Positions 45,963-54,163 of a stretch of 64,000 nt of DNA are shown piece by piece. Numbering within the stretch: the stretch's first letter is position 1; every line of letters starts with the position of its first letter. The notes under the pieces are model-generated. The model was not told the origin of the DNA and made no database searches. It saw only the letters and a program-made list of their open reading frames with translations. The stretch covers positions 46,920-110,919 of IMG/VR virus record IMGVR_UViG_3300025759_000064, one strand, 5' to 3'. Source of the DNA: a virus. Both the position numbers and the translations under genes were made by a program.

Positions 45963-47060
45963 GTGCCATTCATACCACTTGACTTTCCGAGGGAAGTCTT
46001 GGAATTAAGCGCTCATGGTGGTCATGGCGGGCGTTACCTTGTAAGGAACTGGGAAGAACTAGAAAGATACTGGAAAGGTAAAAATGGAAGCGGAAACGCT
46101 TACTTTACTGCTTACGGGTACAGACGAACTCAAGCGCCTAGACACCATAGAGCGGAATACAACACAGCCATAGTTAGACACTTTGTCATGGACTTCGACT
46201 GTAAAGACTTCAAACAGAAAGGTAAGAGCGTAGAGTTTTCTTTCATGCATGAGCAGGTAAAGAGACTACATCAGCATTTATTAGATAACGACTATCATCA
46301 TTTTATTTATTTCTCAGGCGGAGGATTCCATATTTGGATTCCTTTTGAAGAGGCATTCCTCCCTACTGATGGATTAGAAGTTACTAGATTGAAAAGTGCA
46401 GGTAAGATGCTTATGATGAATTGGCACGATGCGTTAGACCTTTCTTGTAATGACCCGACAGTGGCATTTGATTTAGCGGGTATGATAAGGATACCCAACT
46501 CATACAATATGAAACGTGGATGTTGGTCTACACCTCTTACCTCAGAAGAAGTATTGACTCTTGAACATGAAGATTTGTTAGATTTAGCACAAGAGCCTAG
46601 AGGTGGGTATATACTTCTGGGAGAAAAACCGATTAAACTCGCACTACCTGAGAAAAAGACGGGCGTATTCGCTGTGAATAAAAAGAAAGTGGGTGATTTA
46701 CCCACTATCTCATTAGGTAAGATACAGGTACTACCATGTCTAGCACAAGCGGCTTTAGGTGAGGGTAATCCTATCCATAGGGCTAGGTATCATCTAGCCT
46801 CATATCTAGCCCATAGACTAAGGTGGTTCTTTCCAATAGATAGAGTAGAGGAAAAAGAATTAGATAGCCATGTGGAACAGATAATTGAGATTTGTTCTGA
46901 ACAAGGTTGGGCTGATTACAACGAAGATACTACTAGAATGCAAACAGAGAGTATAGTTTACAAAGGATACCCCCACGCCAAATGTAGCACTTTGATGGAA
47001 GAGGGCTTCTGCACAGGTAAGTGTAGATTCTACGATGGAACAGGAGAAGGATTAACATGA
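45963..47060 (+). CDS. archaeo-eukaryotic primase, catalytic PriS domain fused to PriL C-terminal Fe-S domain
   Basis: MDFD, FSGGGFH, D...IRIPNS; C-terminal LPCL...H..R..LASYL...C..L...GFC...C. Confidence 0.9.
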   Translation: MPFIPLDFPREVLELSAHGGHGGRYLVRNWEELERYWKGKNGSGNAYFTAYGYRRTQAPRHHRAEYNTAIVRHFVMDFDCKDFKQKGKSVEFSFMHEQVKRLHQHLLDNDYHHFIYFSGGGFHIWIPFEEAFLPTDGLEVTRLKSAGKMLMMNWHDALDLSCNDPTVAFDLAGMIRIPNSYNMKRGCWSTPLTSEEVLTLEHEDLLDLAQEPRGGYILLGEKPIKLALPEKKTGVFAVNKKKVGDLPTISLGKIQVLPCLAQAALGEGNPIHRARYHLASYLAHRLRWFFPIDRVEEKELDSHVEQIIEICSEQGWADYNEDTTRMQTESIVYKGYPHAKCSTLMEEGFCTGKCRFYDGTGEGLT

Positions 47061-47284
47061 AACATATATTCAATTGCTTGCAATGTGGTGCTAAGTTAGG
47101 TACTAGAAACTACACTTCAAGAGGAAAAAGCATAACACATTTCTGTCAACGTTGTTTTAGTAAACCTACCGATGAACATAGATGTCACGGTGTAACAGCA
47201 AAGAAAGAAAGATGCAAATGTAGAAAAATAAACGGTAGTGATTATTGTAAAGTTCATAAAAAGAGGGGTATAATAGATGGTTGA
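47057..47284 (+). CDS. Zn-finger protein
   Basis: CLQCG, FCQRC, RC.G.T.K..RC...YCKVH. Confidence 0.65.
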   Translation: MKHIFNCLQCGAKLGTRNYTSRGKSITHFCQRCFSKPTDEHRCHGVTAKKERCKCRKINGSDYCKVHKKRGIIDG

Positions 47285-47954
47285 TTTAATTATAGATAGT
47301 AATGAAAGAGGAAAACTCTGCGAATCTATTATTCGCAAGGCTGAGAAAATAGGCTTGAGGATTGAAAGAAAGCCGTTAATAGTCGGTGATTATTTACTAG
47401 GCGCAGCGTGTGTAGAAGCCAAGTCTGTCAGCGATTTCTTACAATCATGTGATAGCGGCCATCTTTGGAAGCAATTAGACAATATGGATGCTAATTATGA
47501 ACGATTCTTTTTACTAGTACACGGAAGTATATCGCAGTACGTGAAAATGACAAAGACATCGTACAGCAAAACGCAGAATAAGTTCTTAGGTCTATTAGCC
47601 CGCATAATGGCCGATTTCGACTGTCAGGTGATATTCACCCCTAACGTAAGTGAAGCGGCTCTATTTGTCGTTAAACTACACAATAAACTACACAAACCAG
47701 CGTCAGCACATGGCGCTCAAGCAATTCGTAGAGTAAGTACTAATGATGTGCGTAAAGATGTGCTACTCACAATACCCGGTGTGGGTAGTATAATGGCAGA
47801 CAGGTTATTGAAAACTTGCGGCTGTATAGAAGAGATGATGTATGAAGATTCCCTAAAGAAAGTGAAAGGTTTGGGTACAAAAACTGCGAGAAAGATTGCA
47901 GAAGTACTCACTAGCGAACAACCTGTTCATGTGGAAAGGACGGTGTTTCGCTGA
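47277..47954 (+). CDS. ERCC4/XPF (Hef-like) structure-specific nuclease with HhH
   Basis: IDSNE, GDY, VEAKSVSDF, IPGVG, VKGLG. Confidence 0.9.
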   Translation: MVDLIIDSNERGKLCESIIRKAEKIGLRIERKPLIVGDYLLGAACVEAKSVSDFLQSCDSGHLWKQLDNMDANYERFFLLVHGSISQYVKMTKTSYSKTQNKFLGLLARIMADFDCQVIFTPNVSEAALFVVKLHNKLHKPASAHGAQAIRRVSTNDVRKDVLLTIPGVGSIMADRLLKTCGCIEEMMYEDSLKKVKGLGTKTARKIAEVLTSEQPVHVERTVFR

Positions 47955-47978
47955 TTGACTATATAAACCGAGATTGAA
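47955..47978 (+). promoter_or_regulatory. 24-bp element, copy 11
   Basis: Exact match to consensus. Confidence 0.8.
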
Positions 47979-47987
47979 TAGTCAGAT

Positions 47988-48058
47988 ATTCCGATGTATT
48001 ATCTATACATAGTTACAATTATGTACTCTAGTATAGACGGACAATAGGAATATTCGGA
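47988..48058. repeat. 71-bp imperfect palindromic element, copy C
   Basis: Inverted homologue of 1671-1741; directly upstream of the MCM-like gene. Confidence 0.6.
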
Positions 48059-48085
48059 AGGGTATGAAAAGGAGAGAAGAAGAAG

Positions 48086-49492
48086 ATGAAGCAAGCAATT
48101 GAATATGAAGCAGTAAAGAAATACAAGATTTTTGATGGGTATATCAAACATTTTGGTAATGTATCGATAGATAACGACATCCCAGCGATGTTATCGTTTT
48201 TCTTCATACAGGGACAGTTAGCAGTCCCTTATGTGAGATTACCGTGGGGTGCAAGTCACCTAGACCCTAGAGTGCATTCTTTTTGGATACAGTCGAGTAG
48301 AACAGGGAAGAGCATAGCATGGGAGTTTGTAGGAGACATACTAGAGGACATAGGTGTCCCATCTGATATGTACACCTCAGGTACAGATGCTGGTCTACTA
48401 GGCTCTTTTCACGTAGAGAAGGACGATAACGGACAAGAGAACTACATACACAAAGAAGGACTACTATCAGGGCGTAAGGCGCTTAATTTTGACGAAGGCT
48501 CTATCATACTGAATCCAAGTACCCACAGTCAGCAAACCGTATTGTATCTGCAATCGGCGTGTAATCCGGTGGGAAGCAATAACAACAAGTTAGTTCTACA
48601 ACAGAGAGGCGGAAGAGCAGAAATTGAATCGCTTGTTTCTCTATGGATTACAACTTATCCACCTGCTGGCGTGAAAGAGTATGTGTTGACGAAGGGTATC
48701 TTTCAGAGAGTACTTTTGTATTGGTCACACTGGGACATGAATAGAAGGAAGAACGTGAGTTTAGTGCGTTCAGAATCAGCATTGAAAGTGAAGCCTAAAA
48801 TGAAAATTACATACGAGGATATAGTCAATTATTTCAAGGACTTGGAAAAGAGAATGAGAAATAAGGTATTGGAAGTTACTGAGACTTCTTTCGTAGAATG
48901 GGATGCTATGGATAGAGAAGAGCAAGAAACACTATTACAGGATAGCATGACATCTATATTTACAGCAGACGATAATACATTCTATTCAGCCTTTGCTCAA
49001 TCTATTGATGAGTATTACGAACTTATGAACGGGCTAGGGCCGGGTATCAGTGACGTAGTGGCTTCGTTCATACCTGCTATGGAGAATTACACTCTGATAT
49101 TCTCTGCGCATCTTGCTATGCTTGATGAAAAGTGGGTTATTACAGGAGAGCACGTATCTATGGCGACAGAGATATTATTCGATTTATTCCGTAACTTAAT
49201 CTCATGGTTAGAAGGTGAGGTAGAGATTGGACCGAAGATTGCCGAGAGAGTGACACAGAGAAATAGATGGATTGTATCTACTCAGGCTTGTGAGACATTT
49301 GAATTGGGTAACAAGGGCGACAAGTGGATTAAGAAACAAGACCTAATGAAAGTATACACAAAACAGACTGGAGTTACTAGAGGCACTGCTTATGCTCACT
49401 TTGGTAAATGGGCGGCTAAGATGTATGAGAATACGAAAGATGGTACTATTGCGTATCTAAGGCTAAAGGAGGAAGTAAAAGATGCCAAATGA
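48086..49492 (+). CDS. MCM-like AAA+ ATPase / putative replicative helicase
   Basis: SSRTGKS (Walker A), TDAGL.G, FDEG (Walker B), FQR (R-finger-like), ITGEHV..A; winged-helix-like C-terminus. Confidence 0.6.
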   Translation: MKQAIEYEAVKKYKIFDGYIKHFGNVSIDNDIPAMLSFFFIQGQLAVPYVRLPWGASHLDPRVHSFWIQSSRTGKSIAWEFVGDILEDIGVPSDMYTSGTDAGLLGSFHVEKDDNGQENYIHKEGLLSGRKALNFDEGSIILNPSTHSQQTVLYLQSACNPVGSNNNKLVLQQRGGRAEIESLVSLWITTYPPAGVKEYVLTKGIFQRVLLYWSHWDMNRRKNVSLVRSESALKVKPKMKITYEDIVNYFKDLEKRMRNKVLEVTETSFVEWDAMDREEQETLLQDSMTSIFTADDNTFYSAFAQSIDEYYELMNGLGPGISDVVASFIPAMENYTLIFSAHLAMLDEKWVITGEHVSMATEILFDLFRNLISWLEGEVEIGPKIAERVTQRNRWIVSTQACETFELGNKGDKWIKKQDLMKVYTKQTGVTRGTAYAHFGKWAAKMYENTKDGTIAYLRLKEEVKDAK

Positions 49493-49664
49493 AATAAAAG
49501 TATGTAAAGAGTGTAGAGGGGTTGGCTCAGTTTTCTTTCAGAACGCTAGTGGTGAATATGATTGCGAACATTGTATGAGTTGTCTTGAGCAAGAGATAGA
49601 GGATATGCAAAAGGAATACGAATATGATATTGAAGTAAAAGATGAAGGAGTTGATGTATATTGA
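49482..49664 (+). CDS. small Zn-finger protein
   Basis: CKECRGVG...CEHC. Confidence 0.55.
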   Translation: MPNEIKVCKECRGVGSVFFQNASGEYDCEHCMSCLEQEIEDMQKEYEYDIEVKDEGVDVY

Positions 49665-49984
49665 TAAATAAAGAAGAATGGAAATGTGAAAGAGAAGGAA
49701 GCGGGTCATCAGGTATACCGTTGAAACACTCAGGTTTGAGTGAATTACAATTGATGGAACTAATCGCTCATCTAAGGGGCACATTAGAGGGCGCTATCTA
49801 TGTGGAAGATGGTATACCACATTGGAAACTAGAACGAATCAATTGGGAACATGATAAAACCGACAAGGCATGGAATGTATTATTGAAGTTTCACGAAAAA
49901 GAATTGGAATGGCAAGCGATAGATGACGGGCAGATAGATTGTGATGTAGAAGCGGGTACGGTAGGCGTAGAAGGTGAAGAATAA
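49661..49984 (+). CDS. hypothetical protein
   Basis: Coupled ORF. Confidence 0.5.
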   Translation: MINKEEWKCEREGSGSSGIPLKHSGLSELQLMELIAHLRGTLEGAIYVEDGIPHWKLERINWEHDKTDKAWNVLLKFHEKELEWQAIDDGQIDCDVEAGTVGVEGEE

Positions 49985-50103
49985 TGCTGAAATCGAATGT
50001 AAAGATACCATGCCCTTCATGTAAGGGCTATGCATCAGCCAATCTAAATAGAGGCACATGGAAATGTTCATGTGGTGATTTCGGGACGTGTGGTGTGAAA
50101 TGA
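49984..50103 (+). CDS. 39-aa Zn-ribbon peptide
   Basis: My translation: MLKSNVKIPCPSCKG...WKCSCGDFGTCGVK; overlaps both neighbours. Confidence 0.5.
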   Translation: MLKSNVKIPCPSCKGYASANLNRGTWKCSCGDFGTCGVK

Positions 50104-50708
50104 GCGACATAATGGCACTAGATATAGAAACGAGTAATTACTCATGGGAAATAGGCGGTTGGGATAATAAGGCATTGTTCGATGTATCGGTAGTCGCTAC
50201 ATGGGATGGCAAGGATGCACATATATTCACTAAAGAAGATGTGTTGCTAGATGGAGCGACCACACACAAGTTACACCCACGTGAACTTGGAGACCATATT
50301 ACAGCACATGTGCAGAAAGGTGGTAAGATATTAGGTCACAACATAATAGGTTTTGATTTTCCTGTACTAAAGCAATCTTTGGATTGTTACGCAATCGGAG
50401 ATGTAATGAAAAAGGCCGATAATGTAATTGATACTAAACTTCTTTTTCAAAAAGCGTCATTACCTTATGGTAAATTAGAAACAAACTTACAGTCTTTAGT
50501 TTCTCATACGCTAGGTAAGAGTAAGAGCATGAAAAGCGAAGATGCTCCTAAAGGATGGAGAGCAGGTAAATACACAGAAGTGTGTGATTATTGCGTAAAA
50601 GATGCGCAGTTAACGTATGACATATACCAATACGGTAAAAAGAATGGTATGTTAAAGTCGAGGTCTTTTGAGACTGGTGACATAATGGAGGTAGAAGTAG
50701 AATGGTAG
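50100..50708 (+). CDS. DnaQ/RNase H-like 3'-5' exonuclease
   Basis: ALDIET, GHNIIGFD, YCVKD. Confidence 0.85.
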   Translation: MSDIMALDIETSNYSWEIGGWDNKALFDVSVVATWDGKDAHIFTKEDVLLDGATTHKLHPRELGDHITAHVQKGGKILGHNIIGFDFPVLKQSLDCYAIGDVMKKADNVIDTKLLFQKASLPYGKLETNLQSLVSHTLGKSKSMKSEDAPKGWRAGKYTEVCDYCVKDAQLTYDIYQYGKKNGMLKSRSFETGDIMEVEVEW

Positions 50709-50908
50709 AATATGACCCAAGAGAAGGTGAATTGAAAGTGGACGACACGACAGAAGAAGAGATATGGAAATTGAAAAAAGCGTTAGATATACTCTTTGGT
50801 ATGTTGCAAAGAGGTAACAACTTAGCAGATATACAAAGAGTAGCAAATAAATTATCGAAGCAGGTACAATACCCTTTCGTATCTAAGGTGACGGAGGAAG
50901 AAGAATGA
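50702..50908 (+). CDS. hypothetical protein
   Basis: Coupled ORF ending EEEE. Confidence 0.5.
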   Translation: MVEYDPREGELKVDDTTEEEIWKLKKALDILFGMLQRGNNLADIQRVANKLSKQVQYPFVSKVTEEEE

Positions 50909-50996
50909 GAGATGTAGTGAGAGAGTTTGAAAGTGGTATGGCTAGATATAATGAAATGCTACTACGTGAACATCTTAGAGAGAAGGAGGAAGAAGA

Positions 50997-52496
50997 ATGA
51001 GTGAAAGAGATAGTGAGACAACATTGAGAAATAACATAGACGCAGTAAAGACGATAGTAAGAACAGTCAAGACCACACTAGGTCCACTAGGCCGTGATAA
51101 GTTAATGGTTGATGGTGGTGGAAACACCATAGTAACCAATGATGGGGCTACTATACTGAGAGAACTAGACGTCGCTCACCCTGCTGGTAAAATGGTAATC
51201 GAGTGCGCTCAAACACAAGAGAGTCTATGTTACGATGGAACAACAACGTCTGTCGTACTCGCTGGTGAACTATTGTCTAACAGTGAAGGCTTGATGAATA
51301 AAGGGCTGCACCCTAATATAGTCTGTAAAGGTTATACTGAGGCAGCGAATATGGCGATAGACCGCCTAACTTATTTAAGCGCCTCGCAGCCCGATAATGA
51401 TGAGTTCCTTATCCAAGTCGCAAAAACCGCTATGACTGGTAAAACACTAGATGCTGCGATTGATGATGTAGCGTCACTATGTGTACAAGCGGTAAAGAAA
51501 GCGGGTAATGCAGAGAAAGTGCGTGTGTTGAGTCTACCCGGTGGTGGGCTAAGAGATTCATATTTATTCAATGGCGCAATAGTGAATAAAGACTTGACTA
51601 TTGAAAAAGAGATAGATGGTGAACATAATATAATTCTGTTGAATAGCGGCTTAGAGCCACAGAAAACAGATGAGAATATACAAGTGCAGTTAGACATGCA
51701 GGGATACACACAGTTCAAATCGTCAGCAAACGATGATTTACTTGAGCAAGCAAAATTAATTTTAGAGCAAATGCCCGAAGAAGGTGGAATGGTTTTTGTC
51801 AGAGATGGCGCTCTCGACCACGTGTGTACTTATCTACACAAACATAACGTTACCGTAGTTAGAAGATTACCTGAGAGCACTATGAGAGCGCTCTCATCGA
51901 CACTAGGCATACCGATAGCCCAATCACCTTCTGATATTGAGTGTGGTGCTATGGGTAAAGTGAGTAGGCAAAGACATTACGATGTGAACTATTTGTTCGT
52001 AGAGGGAATGATTAATTCAGACCAATCTACGTTAGTTCTTAGAGGCGCTACTACAACTACTTTAGATGAGATAGAAAGAGGATTTGACGATGCGTTAGGC
52101 GTTGTCTCTCTTGTCTTAAATGGAGATGATATAGTGCATGGTGGTGGTAGCGCTTTCGCTAGTATGGCATCGTATTTACGTTCAGAAGCAGCGTCTGCTC
52201 AGGGTAGAAGTCAAATGGCAATCGAAGCGTTTGCAGACTCTTTAGAGATAATACCAGCCACTATTGCAGAAAATGGAGGACATGACCCTCTTGATTGTAT
52301 ACTTGCGTTACGACACAAAAACCAAGACGGCGCGTTTGATTACGGTCCTGATTTAGAAAATGGCGGAATCACCTCTATGTATGAATTAGGAGTATGTGAA
52401 CCTATGAGTTTAGTCAGACAAGCAGTATTGAGTGCAACCGAAGTTACCACTGCAATCCTAAAGATTGACGATATGATAGCAAAGAAGGGCGCTTAA
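50997..52496 (+). CDS. ths: group II chaperonin (thermosome subunit)
   Basis: TTLGPLGRDK, TNDGATIL, HPAGK, DGTTT, GGG, ILKIDD. Confidence 0.95.
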   Translation: MSERDSETTLRNNIDAVKTIVRTVKTTLGPLGRDKLMVDGGGNTIVTNDGATILRELDVAHPAGKMVIECAQTQESLCYDGTTTSVVLAGELLSNSEGLMNKGLHPNIVCKGYTEAANMAIDRLTYLSASQPDNDEFLIQVAKTAMTGKTLDAAIDDVASLCVQAVKKAGNAEKVRVLSLPGGGLRDSYLFNGAIVNKDLTIEKEIDGEHNIILLNSGLEPQKTDENIQVQLDMQGYTQFKSSANDDLLEQAKLILEQMPEEGGMVFVRDGALDHVCTYLHKHNVTVVRRLPESTMRALSSTLGIPIAQSPSDIECGAMGKVSRQRHYDVNYLFVEGMINSDQSTLVLRGATTTTLDEIERGFDDALGVVSLVLNGDDIVHGGGSAFASMASYLRSEAASAQGRSQMAIEAFADSLEIIPATIAENGGHDPLDCILALRHKNQDGAFDYGPDLENGGITSMYELGVCEPMSLVRQAVLSATEVTTAILKIDDMIAKKGA

Positions 52497-52497
52497 G

Positions 52498-52662
52498 ATG
52501 GGTCGGTTGATGGATAGGCTAATTGTAGAGTGTCGTAACTGTAAACACAAGCATATCCCTCACCGCTTATCTGCTCGTTTTCATAACGAAGAGGCTAAGA
52601 GAATCCAACTGTGGAAGTGTAAAGAATGCGGTCATTTTTGGGAAGATTCTGTTTTTAAGTAG
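52498..52662 (+). CDS. 54-aa Zn-ribbon, TFS/RpoM C-terminal-like
   Basis: My translation: MGRLMDRLIVECRNCKHKHIPHRLSARFHNEEAKRIQLWKCKECGHFWEDSVFK. Confidence 0.55.
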   Translation: MGRLMDRLIVECRNCKHKHIPHRLSARFHNEEAKRIQLWKCKECGHFWEDSVFK

Positions 52663-52998
52663 GAACATCAATATAGAAGCGCTTTACTTTTTACACTATG
52701 TTAGAAATGGTGATGCTAGAAAGTATTACCTCACAACCCATTGAAATAAAAACTGCTATTGTTCAAGTTAAGATTTTCTTTGCAATTGTTACTACGCAAT
52801 TTATACATTTATTCTACACTCTAAAAACTGAGGTGAGAATATAAACAGAATAGATAAATGGTTTTGGTCTGTTTCTAATGACTTTTGGTTTTGGGTAGCG
52901 AAAAAAGGGGGGTTACAATGAAAAATAGAAAACACCACAATGGTGCTTGTAAAATGTGGCAAGCATTTATAGCAGAATCATTTGAAGATTGGGATTAA

Positions 52999-53577
52999 TT
53001 ATTGAGGTTGAGGTATAGACTCCCAATTGCCCATTGTAGTAACGTAATCTCCATATTTTTCGTACATTAATTCTTTGTATTGTCTCATGTTCATCGGATT
53101 ATCTACTAACCAAGTATCAAACCAACCATAATCCCAATGACTATCTTCGGGTATTTCCCACGTTTCTATATCTGCTGTAATTAAAGTAAAGGTTTCATCT
53201 TTAGCACAATGTTCCCAAACTAAATCTATTACATCTTGACTGTTTTCTATTATAGTTACAGATGTTACATTAGGATTATCAATTAACTTTTGATGTACCA
53301 TTCCTATACCTAATCCACCTATCAATACATCTCCTGTTGCATTATCCCAAAGTTGTTGATGTTCTCTATATTCAGCATAAGAATCTTGCATTATAGGCCA
53401 AGGACAACTTTCTTTAGTCAATACAGTATATTCTTCTGCTGTTTCATTCTTCATCATCAAATATCTTTCCCAATTATAATCAGTAGTTTGACCGTTAAAA
53501 TGTCTAATTGCAAAGTCTCCCGAAGTTCCTTCCGGTATTATTACACGCTGTCTTATTGCCATTTTAATCATATCCAT
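52999..53577 (-). CDS. class I SAM-dependent methyltransferase (spermidine-synthase-like fold)
   Basis: VLIGGLGIG, VTIIENSQDVIDLV, ITAD, WFDTW. Confidence 0.75.
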   Translation of the reverse strand: MDMIKMAIRQRVIIPEGTSGDFAIRHFNGQTTDYNWERYLMMKNETAEEYTVLTKESCPWPIMQDSYAEYREHQQLWDNATGDVLIGGLGIGMVHQKLIDNPNVTSVTIIENSQDVIDLVWEHCAKDETFTLITADIETWEIPEDSHWDYGWFDTWLVDNPMNMRQYKELMYEKYGDYVTTMGNWESIPQPQ

Positions 53578-54158
53578 TCAAACAGTATACTAAGAGTATT
53601 TGCTACTGTACTACCTGCTGAATTAGTAGCAGTACCCGCTAAATTAACTATTATTTCATCACCCGATTCGGGATAAGTTATACCACCTCTACCCCCGCCA
53701 AAGGATATTACCATCGCTCTACCTAAGTTTGTGCTTGGTGGATTATATATTGCGTTTTGGTTGGTTGTTATTGTTCCCGTTAATGCTACGCTTGAACCTG
53801 TTAAAGATTGAGAACCAATTGATAATTGCCATGCAAATGAAGTAGCACCTGTGGCTCTAAGATACGCGCCAAAATGAGTAGTATATGCTGAATCACATCC
53901 TTCAAAAGCGGCAGGGTAAGCATTATTAGATGTATCAATTTGAACTGTAACTCTATCATTTATACTATCGCTATTAGTATCAGTAGTAAATGCACCACTA
54001 AATGTACCCTCTGCAAAACCGCAATTGTCTACATGAGATGAAAAAGAATTGTTAAAATTACCTGAAGAAGAAGTAGCAATAGAAACATTAGAAGGTACAG
54101 AAACAGGGGCAGCATAATACCCTTGATTAACTACACCAACAGCACCAATAAAACTCAA
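53568..54158 (-). CDS. tail-fibre-associated beta-rich protein (possible adhesin tip)
   Basis: Probable TTG start at 54158; S/T/G-rich; follows the fibre genes. Confidence 0.55.
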   Translation of the reverse strand: MSFIGAVGVVNQGYYAAPVSVPSNVSIATSSSGNFNNSFSSHVDNCGFAEGTFSGAFTTDTNSDSINDRVTVQIDTSNNAYPAAFEGCDSAYTTHFGAYLRATGATSFAWQLSIGSQSLTGSSVALTGTITTNQNAIYNPPSTNLGRAMVISFGGGRGGITYPESGDEIIVNLAGTATNSAGSTVANTLSILFEWI

Positions 54159-54163
54159 TTTAA

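Noticed and set aside
10814-47978. 24-bp repeats as a CRISPR array or attC-type cassette sites
   Set aside because: Copies are 1.4-10.7 kb apart, not palindromic and contain a TATA box. There are no regular spacers and no cas1 or integrase in the window.
50997-52496. Viral thermosome as a novel finding or as host contamination
   Set aside because: Group II chaperonins are already known from marine euryarchaeal viruses, and this gene is joined to viral neighbours by the typical GAAGAATGA junction.
52680-52998. Short ORFs in the convergence zone between the early and tail arms
   Set aside because: Under 50 aa with no motifs; the region is more simply explained as a T-rich termination zone.
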